From contig NC_134033.1 in NCBI RefSeq assembly GCF_964204645.1, positions 4,054,231 through 4,118,230 on the forward strand: a DNA stretch of 64,000 nucleotides, in the 5' to 3' direction. Of this stretch, positions 25,601-39,700 are shown one piece after another; the stretch's first letter is position 1; every line of letters begins with the position of its first letter. This stretch comes from Tubulanus polymorphus. Its lineage: Eukaryota > Animalia > Nemertea. Under the pieces are notes generated by a model. The model ran no database searches. It was given only the letters and a program-made list of their open reading frames with translations, and had not been told where the DNA came from. The position numbers were made by a program, and so were the translations under genes.

Positions 25601-25950
25601 GGTGAAGGTGTATGACTGCATGTGTGTATGAGTTGAGTGAATCGGTGTATGCTAGGGGATTAGAGATTTTATAAGCCTTCATTGGCTTCATCTAATCTCC
25701 TCCACATTATATTAAAACATTTCATATTTGTATATCTCTTTATGACATGTTGTAATTTTATTGTGGAAATAAATTTATTATTATTTATTATTGCATCAAG
25801 TGTGTGCTGACTAAAACAACCTGATCCGATAGAGGACTCCTGTGAGCTGAATGATAATCTAAAAACTGCTCACATAAATCGGTGAGTAGAAATTATAAAT
25901 TATTTCTCTCTAGGAAACTGAGGTTACGTTAAATCTTAATTTTAACAGGG
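22630..25950 (+). other. Rep-A spliced non-coding unit, interrupted by a LINE
   Basis: Colinear with 35115-36250; the LINE splits ...GGACCTGATT^GCATCAAG. Confidence 0.6.
23586..25792 (+). mobile_element. 5'-truncated non-LTR retrotransposon (CR1/L2 group) ORF2 reverse transcriptase
   Basis: ORF 23725-25155 has YRPISLL, QFGFR, FLDLSKAFDTV, GVPQGSILGPLLF and FADD. A +1 frameshift in an A7 run (25130-25136) continues into 25199-25501. 3' stem-loop, AATAAA and (TTA)n tail; the empty site is seen at about 36095. Confidence 0.95.
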
Positions 25951-26471
25951 TATTTCGTGTTCACTCACGCGTGACGAGGGTGGTTATACAAACTACCATC
26001 GTCACTAATTGAATCATCTAAGAGAACTTCAAATATTGGTTTTTTTAAATGATGCCCTTTCGCCATTTTCTCGGGACATGTTTGCTACCGTTTCGATTAA
26101 ACCAACCCAAATCGCGACCGGAAGACTCAAACTCTTCCGGAATAAACTAAGGAGCTCCACACGTCACATGGATCATGGCGAGTAGACATTTTGTGGAGTC
26201 GAAATATCTAATTTACATGATTTAACATTGCACTGCAGAGCTGTATGATATTGTATGAAAACTTATGTTTCAAAAAATGAGCGCAAATTTCGACGGATCT
26301 CGACGGACCGCCACGAAATGACAACTAGAAACTGGAAACTTCTTAATAAAAAAATTAAACTAATTCGGTCATGCGATTTCAAACGAACTCAACTAAGTTT
26401 TAGGATTTCGAGTTTCAACCCCGATTTATAGATAGGCAAACATTATACAGGGACTCGTGTCAAACTGTTGT

Positions 26472-29400
26472 TTATTTACTGGATGTCGTCAATCCTAGTC
26501 GTCGTTTATTGCGTTCACGAATAGATTTCATATCGATAGTAAGTATTGTATAAAGAAGCGGATTCAGAGACGAGTTGATCGGTAAAAATAGAACGGCCAG
26601 CCAAGCGGCCACCTGGTTCGGTATCTCGACCGAAAATACGGCGCAAAACTGAACGATTATTATCGGTAGCCAGCAAAATAGATTACAAAGATTGATTACT
26701 AAACTCCTTCGAGCTAAAACCAGTTCGGTAGGATCGGCTCTACCCGAGCCCGACCTACTTCCAGATACGAGTCTATACATCTGAGCGTACGTCGTCATTA
26801 TCGTAGCCAATATGGCCGCATTAAACAAGGCAAAAATAGCGAATGAATAGTGCCAGCCATTGACGTCGATCGTCAGTAAATTCATAGGCAAACAAACTCC
26901 GGTTGTACCGTAAAAATTGTCTCCGAAGTAAGACGACGATGACAGCGGTAGAATAGAAACTGTGCTTATAACGAGCCAACAAATGCTGCAAATACCGATA
27001 ACGTATTTCGGAGTTATAATCGGACTTCTGGAAAACGGGTTGACGATATTCGAATATCTCTGACGCGTTAGAATTAAGAGGAAAGTTAAGGAACCTTCGC
27101 ACGAAACGGTGACAATAACCCCGGCGAGACGACATAATGAACTATCCGTCCAGGTTTCAGAATTCAGATAATAAACGCCTTTGAATGCGTGGTCAGCTCC
27201 AGCGATCAAAAACAAATAGACCGACATCAGAAAATCACAACCGGCAATATTTATGATGAGGATATCTGAAGATGTGTTACGTGTTCCGGTGGATTCCATC
27301 CGCAAAGCTTGAACGCGAAATACAATAACGATACTGTTAGCGAGAAAACTGAAAGATGCGATCATCCAGATGATGGCTCTCAGTACAGCGTTACCCATCA
27401 GGTCAGAGCAGGTCGAAAATTGATCAGCTTCGGGAAGACATCGGTCAACATTCGGTGCCATGCAGCAAAATTTGTAAGCATCCGAAGCGAGGTATTTCAA
27501 TGATGTAAGATCGCCAAGAACGTTTCTTTTAACAAATATCACTTCGGCATTTTTGACAAGATCTAGAATTTCAAGTCCAACCAATCCAGAAAAAGCAAAT
27601 GTCGAAATGTAATGGATTCTGTTACTGCTGATATTTAACGACTGTAATGCGGATAAACCTTTAAATACATTTTCACCGAGAACCGATATAGAAAGTCCGT
27701 GAAGATCGAGAACAGTAAGTGACGTCAGACCTCGAAAACTACCGTATTCTAAATGTTGCAGCGGATTTCCGATAAGAAATAGTTCTTTTAAACCGATCAA
27801 ACCTGCGAATGTATTAGCAGATAATGATGTTATGCGGTTGTGTGTAAGGTCTAATGTGTATAGATTGTTCAGATTAGAAAACGCGTTTGGAACGATGTGA
27901 GACAAATTATTGCCCGAAATATCGAGAAAACGAAGATAAATGAAAGAGTTGAACGTCGACTCGTTAAATACGACTCGGTTATTCGACAAAATCAAAACCC
28001 GAGTTGATTCTATAAAACGGCCGGTAATATCTGATAAAAGAGCATTTTCACAATCGATGAAATGACCCCGGCAATTACAACGTTCAGGACACGTGACCTT
28101 ACAGTATGACTCGTCATCCGAGTTATGTTTACAATTTACGACTCCGTCGCAAACTTCTGATCGCGGAATACATAGATTTTCCTGGCCACATTTAAACATT
28201 CCCGGACACGACCAAGTCTCGCAGTTTCGTTCATCTTCTGAATTAGGACAATCGGATCGACCGTCACAAACGTGTCTGATCGGTATACAGTAAGATGCCG
28301 GACATTTTACAGTACCAGCCGCGCATTCGAAGTCATTACACGCGAGTATATGTTCAAGATTTCTACATACCGGGAAACCAATCGGCATCCTTTCTAAAAT
28401 ACACCTTTCGTGTCGGGAATAACAGCGAGGAGAATTGAACGAACATCTTTGTTCATCCGATTCCTTACACAGATCTGTGAAACGAGTCGTGCAGTGATTG
28501 TCATTATTACAGTAAACCTCGGGATTCACTGTCATATTAGTGACCAATTCGTCTTCTTCGAGACTTCCGCTACAATCCACGACACCATCCCGATACAACT
28601 GAAAACTAATACATTCACCGTCCGCGCACGAGAACCCCTGGCAATTTTCGGCAGTGCATCCGATCTCATCGGAACCGTCTTTACAGTCGGCTATTCCGTC
28701 ACATCGTTTATAACTATCGATGCATTGCTGATTGGAACAGCGATATTGCGTAGATAAACACGGTGGATGATAGCAAGAGTTCTCATCCGAGCCATCGACG
28801 CAATCTCTCATAAAGTCACAGAAACCGCTTATCGATATAACCTGTCCATCGTTACAGCGGAACTGACTGTGTAAATTGATATCCGTACAATCGAGTTCAT
28901 CTTCACCGTGTTGACAGTCGTGTCTGGTATCACATACGCGATGGTCGCTGATACATCTTTGATCGTTACATTTAAACTGCCACGATTTACAACCGCTTCC
29001 AGAAGCTAACTCTTTAACAGTTACATTATAGGTACATAACACGGAATGCGCTTTATCTTTTGTATTATCGAAAGGTTTCAATAACCATTTAACTGATTGA
29101 ACATAAGTAATTTCATTTCTGGTCACCAGTGGTTTGATAACTTTAAATCCGTCGTGGTCCATTGTCAGTATAGCGCCATAATGATGTCGATATTGAAATT
29201 CGCTGACCAAGTTTTTCACGTCACTTTCTGTATTTGAGGTGATTTTTACTACTTCGGCGCGGAAACTGTGACACATTTCTCTAGCACTCCGAATATTCAA
29301 ACCTCGATTGTTTTTCCAGTCGGTTAGTATTTGAAAACATTGTCCCGAAATAGTTACCCAACCTCTTGGACAGGTTGAATTGATTAAAGTAATATCGGGA

Positions 29401-32400
29401 ATCGTTTGATCTATTGTTTTATTTAAGTCTGTATTTGATGAATTGTTTTCGACGTTTATCGTTGAATTGTGTTTGTTTTTGATGTCGATTCTCTCAGATT
29501 CACAAATGAATGTCGTGTGCGTCTCCACGATTTGACACGGGAATCGAACCCAGTTCGCCGATCCTCGTGGATTATTCAGTATCATCGCCGTACACGGCAT
29601 ATTGACGTCATTTATCGGTTGTTTTCTTAGCGGAGATATCAATCCTCGAATAACTTCTGGTATCGTTTCATTAATAACAGGTTTATACCACTCTGTGTAG
29701 CTCAATGGTTTACCGTCAGTCCACGTGTAATAACCATCATTCTGTTTCACGAGGAAAATGAAATATATCACTTCTTTAAAAATCTTTATATTCTAATTCA
29801 TATTTGTATACATTAGTCTTACCTTCCATTTCAATCCAATCATCATTATGAGCGCTTTTAATGTGTACGCCATTCGGAGAAGTTCTGTAGCGAATACTAT
29901 TTTGATGGAAATCATTTCCTGTTCTGAGTTGATACTGAGTAGATGTCCCGCGTACTTCCGTCTACAGTATATTTCAGCGTTCTCCCAATTCAGACGTTCA
30001 TCTCTGATGAATTTGATGCAGGAAATTCCGGAATCCATAAATCCTTGTTTACAGTAGAAATCATCGAAATGTTTTATCGGTAACGACTCGTGTAAAGTGT
30101 ATTGTATTTGAAATATCGGAATGAAATTGTTTACTTCAAAACGCAGAGTATTACCTTTCAAACTGTGAAATATAAGTCCACGAACCGCGTTATTTTCACA
30201 TATTTTAGTTTCATGTTGAGATTTAATAGTTTTGAAATATATACCATTATGAAAAGGTTTATAATTCATTAGTTGTATTAGATTAATCGGATCATTCGCT
30301 TTATCGTTATTTGTTTCACATGAAACTGATCCAATAGATTTGACAATAAATCTGTAATATTGAAATATATTTTGCTGTATCGGGTTTTCAAATTTATAGG
30401 AAATAGATTCTGATGTACGTCCTGCCCAACCCGGGTAGTTCGGTGACTGCACGAGTCCACATTTATCTTTAGTAGTAACTGGAAGACGGGAACCGGCAAA
30501 TCCAAAACTATCCGCTTTTTTCACTCCCAGACATTTACGACGTAGTTTAACTATAAGTGGTACCTGCAAAAACCCAAACTCATTAACTGTGAAATCAACA
30601 GTGTTAAATGCGAGACTGTTATTAGGAAATTGACTACTCAAACTCAGAAACTGATCACATCGCAATGAAATCATGAGAAAACATTTATCAGTTTGATATT
30701 CGTGTTCTGATAATATGTGAATCTTTTTCGAACGAAGGCGTCGATTTTCAGGTGTAATCACGAGACAGTGTGACGTCATATTGATCCGACGTTCTTCTTC
30801 CTGTAGAACATAACCTTCACAATCAGTAGGAGCAAATATAAGAGATGACCAACGGGGATCACCATCTGTTAACTGATTGTTATAGTAATAAGCGTATGCT
30901 ACTACAGTAACCGGTCCACCTGATGTAATCAGGCTGACGACAGATCGACCGTAGTATGAACCAGGACAATACGGACCATAGCGTCTAGCTGTGAAATTAC
31001 TACCATCAAATATATAAAAACCAGCTCGATCACAGTTTTCTGATAGCGCTGTTAGTTTCAACCCGTCTTCATAGATGTTCCCTTTCCAGTTTAGTTGTAA
31101 TGTAGTTACACGATACAATGTATTCTTTGATCTCGGGAACAAGTGACCAGCTGTTATTGATGTCACGCCTACATCAATCTGAAATATAAGGAAATTGATA
31201 ACAGCATTAAACGTTTACTATCAATTTTTACGTTTACAATCCTCCCTCCATAATAAAATGTTTGTCCCTGTTTCCTCTCTGGTCAATATCACCTAGTTTT
31301 TATGTGCAATAGTGTATGTCGTTCTTTCTTGATATATATATACTTCGAAATGCCGTACTTTTAGTCATTCTTGAAAATAGTTTTTAGCATGAAACCGAAA
31401 ATTCTAGGTTTTGAATAGATTTTGATAGTTTTGATGTTTTAAAATCTTTATCGATCCTGTGATTGTGGGACTCATATTTTATTCGTCTCTCGCGATTTAT
31501 TGCGTAGTTTTATCACGTTGAACAATACAACAATTTCAAATACCCTATTACAATGATTCTATTACACGAACCCAATTTACAAATCATTGTTATAAACTTA
31601 CCCATATCCTTGGTTTGTTGACGTAGACGTCTGATATTGTCATTGTTTTAACTTCGAATTCTATTTTCATATTCGATCTTAAAAAATCCGATGTCGTCAA
31701 AACGCACAGAATGACGAGAAATCCGTCTGATTTTACACTCAGAGATTTAAGATGGTTAAAACTGAGTAAAATATCAGTTTTCACAATACGTAACCCTTCC
31801 TGTTTATATACACCAACGACACCTGGTGACGAGACTAGATCACGTGTCCAGTTGAAGACGACGTACTGCAGAACATCGACTGTGATAGACCAGCAGTATA
31901 AGTGTTTAGACTGAGTTACTATATGTGGTATTCCATCAATTGTAGTGAGCAGTCCTGATTTATTATAAACTTGAATTAACGGGTTAGAGATGTTCCAATC
32001 TGATATTTTGTAAACTTGCACGAGTAACTGTGACTTAAACGACCGTCTACTTGAAATGAATTCTATACGTGCTTTATTATTTTTAGTATAAAACGATGAA
32101 GGCGGATGTCCGGTTTGTTCTCGTATAAGAGCTATAGGTTCACTGGTGCTGTTCCATCCGTCGTAAATTTGAGGACGAGTTTTCATTGGATCCTCACCTG
32201 GTCTTAATATGAAATCTATCTGTATAAACGTTAAATTCATTGCAAACCCGTCTGGCATCCCGATCCATTCTAACAACAATTTACAACGCCGGGTATCAAT
32301 CCTGAATTCAGAACCCGTTTGAGTTGGTAATTCTTTAACCGCACGCTTTGAGCATTTATGTACAATTTTCAAGCGACTCTGTTCTTCAAAACGATATATG

Positions 32401-32689
32401 ATATAAACCCGACTACCTCGCGCTCCATCGACGTTACTTGAACGAGAAAACTTCCCGGTAAAGAGCTGTTGACGAACCAACGACATTCGACACCGCGCAT
32501 TAACGACGGATAGTTCGGTGAAACGATGTAACCAGACGTAGAATCGACGGAGTGTTGAGTGTTGTTACAAGATGAACTGACTGAAACAGACGCGGCTTCC
32601 TCGACAGAGTTTGCGCGATCAGCCCGCGTAAATATACAGTCTCCGCAAGCGATCAGTAAAACTACGAACAACGCTTTCATTCGCTGCAT
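26472..32689 (-). pseudogene. GRL101-like CUB-CTLD-LDLa-LRR-7TM GPCR copy 2; exon 1 frameshifted, exons 2 (31178-29823) and 3 (29741-26472) open
   Basis: Splice sites are conserved. A 139-bp deletion at about 32437 relative to copy 3 shifts the frame, and the proximal upstream region present in the other copies is missing. Confidence 0.8.
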
Positions 32690-33591
32690 ATTGAACACAA
32701 TTCACGCTTTAATATTCGATAATATTTTCTATCTATACCTCAAAATATTCTGCGTCTCTGTAAAACACTTCGTCAATATCTGTTTCGACAATTCACACTC
32801 TACAGTCAATATAATAACTGAGTTGAAGGTAATTGAAGCGTGTGGATATCTGATTGTGGCGGTTGAGGACTTGTTCGGTGCTGACACGGAGAACCAACAC
32901 CAACCAAGTAAGACGACGATGACAGCGGTAGAATAGAAACTGTGCTTCTAACGAGCCAACAAATGCAGCAAACACCGATAACGTATTTCGGAGTTATAAT
33001 CGGACTTCTAGAAAACGGGTTGACTATATTTAGATATATACGATATTTAGAATTGAGAGATATGTTATAGCAGCCTCTATTTATTACTCTTGAAGATTTG
33101 AATAAATAAAAATAACTGTGCCAGCTGCTGCTGCTGCTGCTGCGATAGTTCTAAGAAATTCGAGTTTCAGACAATGGACATTTGATTAATTGAATTTATT
33201 GCATATTTACTATGATGATATCGTCTTAATTTTATTTATTTTATGATAAGATTCGTGTTTAATTTCAGCGACGATTCGAGTTATAGACAATGAAAATGTT
33301 ATTTATATTACAGACAATGAAGATTTGATTAATTGAATTTTTTGCATATTTCCTATGATGATATCATCTTAATTTATTTTAGGTTATAATCAATTGCAAA
33401 TAGTTCTAAGATTCGTGCTTGATTCCTGTGAAAATTCGAGTGACAATTCAATAATGGAAATGTGATTGATAAATTGTGTTGCAAACTGGTTTTTCTTTCA
33501 ATTCGATTTTGAAAGGATTTAATTTACTGCATAGAACTATCATTTTAACGAGGACTGTTAGAGAATATCTGATATTATATCTACTTCATAT

Positions 33592-35085
33592 ATTCTACTT
33601 CGAAACTCGGAATTGCACTTGCGCGAAACGACGCAAAATCGTTCTGGCGTATTCTAAAATCCACCCAGGAAAAAAAAACGAAAGAAAGGGTAATAAACCG
33701 ACATTAAATGAATTCGAAACGTATTTTGCCGGCCTGGGCGAATCCGTGAACAATGCCACTATTGATCCCGACCTCCAACTTAATAATCGAGACCAATTAA
33801 AGTCGCAGGAGCCACATGATTTAGATTTTCCTGTTACGATAGAGGAATTTGTAATAAAAAAAAACTGAAACGCGGAAAATCGCCTGGATTAGATAATATA
33901 CTTTCTGATATGTTTGCGGCTACCCTGACTATATATTTTAATGCCATTTTAGAAACCGGTTTGTACCCAAGCGACTGGTGTTAGGGTTGTATCACTCCGA
34001 TCTATAAAAAGGGCTCCGTATCAGATCGCAATAACTATAGAGGGATAACTGTGCTAAGCTGTTTCGGAAAGTTCTTTTCTACCATTATTAACACTCGTAC
34101 AATTCAGTGGACAGAAACATATATCATATAAACGAATGTCAGGCTGGCTTTAGGCCAAACAACGGTACTACGCAACAATCGTTTGTGATATCATCCTTAA
34201 TTGAAAAACTTACGATCTGTTACTAATGGACTCGAATAATGTTCCAAATGCAAAAAAACTGGGCAACAGATATGCGAGATTTGTTGAACCGCCTAGGTTT
34301 AGGTAATTTTTGGCTAGACTAGGCTATATACAATAAAACTCTGTTCTTAAAATTAGTCGAACAGAAAGTTAAAGATATGTTTATCCAGAACTGGTACGGC
34401 TCAATGGAGAATAGCTCCAAATGTATCTATTATGAAAATTTCAAAACTATGTTCAAATATGAAGGATATTTAGATATCAGCGATCATCATTTGGTTAGCA
34501 TTTCAAGTAAATTTAGGTGTAGTAATCATAACCTGCATGTTGAAACTGGAAGATGGGCCCGACCCATCACACCCAGAGAACAGCGTATATGTAGCCTTTG
34601 TAACACTGACCAAGTAGAAGATGAGTACCACGTATTGCAATGCTTACAGTGCCATGAGAAGCAATCTTCTTTCGAACTATTATGTTCACCATCCATCTGT
34701 CTTCAAATCTTTTAACTTATTATCTTCCAACTCTCCTGCCACCATTATAAAACTAGGCAAGTGTTTATATCAATTATTTAAAAGAAGAAAATTGCTACTC
34801 AGGGACGATAATCTCTAAATCGCAGAAACCGTCATATGTATCATTATCTTTTATATATTGTCATTACAAGTTTGTAAACAACTTTGACAGAAATAAATAC
34901 TATACTATACTATACTATACTATACTATACTATACTATACTATACTATACTATACTATACTATACTATACTATACTATACTATACTATACTATACTATAC
35001 TATACTATACTATACTATACTATACTATACTATACTATACTATACCATACCATACTATACTATACTATACTATACTATACTATAT
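33592..35085 (+). mobile_element. Internally deleted, decayed LINE (RTE/RTEX-like) with an expanded (TATAC)n tail
   Basis: Fragments KSPGLDNI, PIYKKG...NNYRGITVLSCFGK and QAGFR, then the C-terminal FRCSNHNLHVETGRW...RICSLC...EDEYHVL knuckle. AATAAA is followed by (TATAC)n. The empty site is seen at about 22590. Confidence 0.8.
34898..35085. repeat. (TATAC)n pentanucleotide microsatellite
   Basis: Seen directly; explains the YYTIL-repeat ORF. Confidence 0.95.
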
Positions 35086-35114
35086 CAGTTAGGGAATTGA
35101 AGTTGACATATTAA

Positions 35115-36250
35115 CACGGTCAGTCCGGTATTATTTAGCCAGTGCTTCTCGTGTCCATTGAACCTCATTATGCCAAACTCAGTTCATATTGTGTCCAGTT
35201 ATTGTCCTCGGTTTTTGAAATAATTGAATACTTATTCGTAACATACGTTGAATTCACTATACACGCGCATATATGTCCAGTCCTTACGTGAGGTTAGGTT
35301 AGTAAAAAGGGAGATCTATAAGCTTTTTATCAATTATTAGGTCCACTAATTAAATGACTGATTTGCGAAGTTGCTGAGGGATGCTTTCGATAGTTCACAT
35401 CTCGTGGATAAATTAGTCTAGTTGACTCTCTGTCTCTGGGATCTCACTCGGGAATCCAACCTAAACTTAAACATTGATTCTACCAGTCAGAACTGAAATA
35501 TGAAATTGTTGTTTTTCAGATAAACCATTGCTCACTCAGAAACTGCAGTCATACCGCAGCCAATAACGCTGGGCTGACTAAACCAATGCTGTGGACTCCA
35601 AGCCTTTATAGATAATCCATGATGCTCCGCACAGAAATTGGTGGTGAGTAGATTTGTTGTTGTTTATTACTGGATATAACAGATTACAATATGCATGTAT
35701 CGAGGCAAATAAAGGTTATTATTGAGATCAATATTCATTTTTAGGTAAGCTTATCTTCTCTCAGGACCTGATTGCTGTCAATGTTTGCTGACTAAACCAA
35801 CAAGGCCGGGCAGATATTAGTGCTGTAGCTCGGGTGTCACATCTCCCAAGGAAACGATAACAGATTGAAATCCATGCAGTTCCTCACATGAATTGGTGAG
35901 CGGACATTTTAATTTCAAATCTAAATGTCAAACTTAAGTTAGGTCTGATTCGAGCTGATTCAAGTCTCATTAAACACTTAAGTTGCTTTTTCAGAGACGA
36001 CCTTCCTGTGCAGGATCTGATTGCTGCCAATGCACGTTGACTAAACCGACAAATACAGTTTCCAGATTCCAGACCTTCCTCACTTCATCAGGACCTGATT
36101 GCATCAAGTGTATGCTAACTAAAACAACCTGGTCTGCTAGAGGACTCCTGTGAGCTGAATGATAATCTAAAAACTGCTCACATAAATCGGTGAGTAGAAA
36201 TTATAAATTATTTCTCTCTAGGAAACTGAGGTTAGGTTTAATCTTAGGGT
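35115..36250 (+). other. Rep-A spliced non-coding unit (uninterrupted copy)
   Basis: Exon-like blocks with the repeated CAGGACCTGATTGCTGTCAATG..CTGACTAAACCAAC motif, separated by GTGAG...TTTCAG introns. Confidence 0.6.
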
Positions 36251-36797
36251 ATTTCGTGTTCACTCACGCGTGACGAGGGTTGATATACAAACTACCATCG
36301 TCACTAATTGAATCATCCAGAAGAACTTCAAATATTGGTTTTTTTAAATGATGCCCTTTCGCCACAATCTCGGGGCATGTTCGCTACCGTGTCGATTGAA
36401 CCAACCCAAATCGCGACCGGAAGACTCAAACTCTTCCGGAATAAACTAAGGAGCTCCACACGTCACATGAATCATGGCGAGTAGACATTTTGTGGAGTCG
36501 AAATATCTAATCACCATGATTTAATTTCAATACACTGCAGAGCTGTATAATATTGTATGAAAACTTATGTTTCAAAAAATGAGCGCAAATTTATCGCAAC
36601 AATGAGGACCTCGACGGACCGCCACGAAATGACAACTAGAAACTGGAAACTTCTTTATTGTGAATGACACAATAAAAAAATTAAACTAATTCGGTCATGC
36701 GATTTCAAACGAACTCAACTAAGTTTTAGGATTTCGAGTTTCAACCCCTATTTATAGATAGGCAAACATTATACAGGGACTCCTGTCAAACTGTTGT

Positions 36798-39700
36798 TTA
36801 TTTACTGCATGTCGTCAATCCTAGTCGTCGTTTATTGCGTTCACGAATAGATTTCATATCGATAGTAAGGATTGTATAAAGAAGCGGATTCAGAGACGAG
36901 TTGATCGGTAAAAATAGAACGGCCAGCCAAGCGGCCACCTGGTTCGGAATCTCGACCGAAAATACGGCGCAAAACTGAACGATTATTATCGGTAGCCAGC
37001 AAAATAGATTACAAAGATTGATTACTAAACTCCTTCGTGCTAAAACCAGTTCGGTAGGATCGGCTCTACCCGAGCCCGACCTACTTCCAGATACGAGTCT
37101 ATACATCTGAGCGTACGTCGTCATTATCGTAGCCAATATGGCCGCATTAAACAAGGCAAAAATAGCGAATGAATAGTGCCAGCCATTGACGTCGATCGTC
37201 AGTAAATTCATAGGCAAACAGACTCCGGTTGTACCGTAAAAATTGTCTCCGAAGTAAGACGACGATGACAGCGGTAGAATAGAAACCGTGCTTATAACGA
37301 GCCAACAAATGCAGCAAATACCGATAACGTATTTCGGAGTTATAATCGGACTTCTAGAAAACGGGTTGACGATATTTGAATATCTCTGACGCGTTAGAAT
37401 TAAGAGAAAAGTTAAGGAACCTTCGCACGAAACAGCGACAATAACCCCGGCGAGACGACATAATGAGCTATCCGTCCAGGTTTCAGAATACAGAAAATAA
37501 ACGCCTTTGAACACGTAGTCAGCTCCTGCGATCAAAAACAAATAGACCGACATCAGAAAATCACAACCGGCAATATTTATGATGAGGATGTCTGAAGATG
37601 TGTTACGTGTTCCGGTGGATTCCATCCGCAAAGCTTGAACGCGAAATAAGATAACGATACTGTTAGCGAGAAAACTGAAAGATGCGATCATCCAGATGAT
37701 GGCTCTCAGTACAGCGTTACCCATTAGGTCAGAGCAGGTCGAAAATTGATCAGCTTCGGGAAGACATCGGTCAACATTCGGTGCCATGCAGCAAAATTTG
37801 TAAGCATCCGAAGCGAGGTATTTCAATGATGTAAGATCGCCAAGAACGTTTCTCTGTACGGATATTACTTCAAAATTGTTGACGAGGTCAAGAATTACAA
37901 GTCGAACCAATCCAGAAAAAGCATAGCTAGAAATATAATGTATTCTGTTACTGCTGATATTTAACGACTGTAATGCGGATAAACCTTTAAACACATTTTC
38001 ACCGAGAACCGATATAGAAAGTCCGTGAAGATCGAGAACAGTAAGTGACGTCAGACCTCGGAAACTACCGTCTTCTAAATGTTGCAGCGGATTTCCGATA
38101 AGAAATAGTTCTTTTAAACCGATCAAACCTGCGAATGTATTAGCAGATAATGATGTTAATCGGTTGTGAGTAAGGTCTAATGCGTATAGATTGTTTAGAT
38201 TAGAAAACGCATTTGGAACGATATAAGACAAATTATTGCCCGAAATATCGAGAAAACGAAGATAAATGAAAGAGTTGAACGTCGACTCGTTAAATACGAC
38301 TCGGTTATTCGACAAAATCAAAACCCGAGTTGATTCTATAAAACGACCAGTAATATCTGATAAAAGAGCATTTTCACAATCGATGAAATGACCACGGCAA
38401 TTACAACGTTCAGAACACGTGACCTTACAGTATGTCTCGTCATCAGAGTTATGTTTACAATTTACGACTCCGTCGCAGACTTCAGATTGCGGAATACATC
38501 GATTTTCCTGGCCACATTTAAACATTCCCGGACACGACCAAGTCTCGCAGTTTCGTTCAACTTCTGAATTAGGACAATCGGATCGACCGTCACAAACGTG
38601 TCTGATCGGTATACAGTAAGATGACGGACATTTTACAGTACCAGCCGCGCATTCGAAGTCATTACACGCGAGTATATGTTCAAGATTTCTACATACCGGG
38701 AAACCAATTGGCATCCTTTCTAAAATACACCTTTCGTGTCGGGAATAACAGCGAGGAGAATTGAACGAACATCTTTGTTCATCCGATTCCTTACACAGAT
38801 CTGTGAAACGAGTCGTACAGTTATTGTCATTATTACAGTAAACCTCGGGATTCACTGTCATATTAGAGACCAATTCGTCTTCTTCGAGACTTCCGCTACA
38901 ATCCACGACACCATCCCGATACAACTGAGAACTAATACATTCACCGTCCGCGCACGAAAACCCCTGACAAATTTCGGAAGTGCATCCGATCTCATCGGAA
39001 CCGTCTTTACAGTTGGCTAGTCCGTCACATCTTTTATAACTATCGATACATTGGTGATTGGAACAGCGATATTGCGTAGATAAACACGGTGGATGATAAC
39101 ACGAGTTCTCATCCGAGCCATCGACGCAATCTCTCATAAAGTCGCAGAAACCGCTAATCGATATAACCTGTCCATCGTTACAGCGGAACTGACTGTGTAC
39201 ATTGATATCCGTACAATCGAGTTCATCTTCACCGTGTTGACAGTCGTGTCTGGTATCACATACGCGATGGTCGCTGATACATCTTTGATCGTTACATTTA
39301 AACTGCCACGGTTTACAACCGCTTATAGAAGCTAACTCTACACCAGTTACATTATAGGTACATAACACGGAATGCACTTTATCTTTTGTATCATCGAAAG
39401 GTTTTAATGACCATTTAACTGATTGAATATAAGTAATTTCATTTCTGGTCACCAATGGTTTCATAACTTTAAATGCGTCGCGGTCCATTGTCAGAATAGC
39501 GCCATATTGATGACGATATTGAAATTTGTTGATCAAACTTTTCATATCACTTTCTATATTTAAGTTGATTCTTACTATTTCGGCGCGGATGCTGTGACAC
39601 ATCTCTCTAGCGCTCCGAATATTCACACCTCGATTGTTTTTCCAATCAGTTAGTATTTGATAACATTGTCCGGATATAGTTACCCAACCTCTTGGACAGG

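Noticed and set aside
28093-28757. Plus-strand ORFs repeated in each receptor copy (also 38419, 38736, 47247, 47564) and antisense ORFs within BEL pol
   Set aside because: Antisense shadows of conserved coding sequence.
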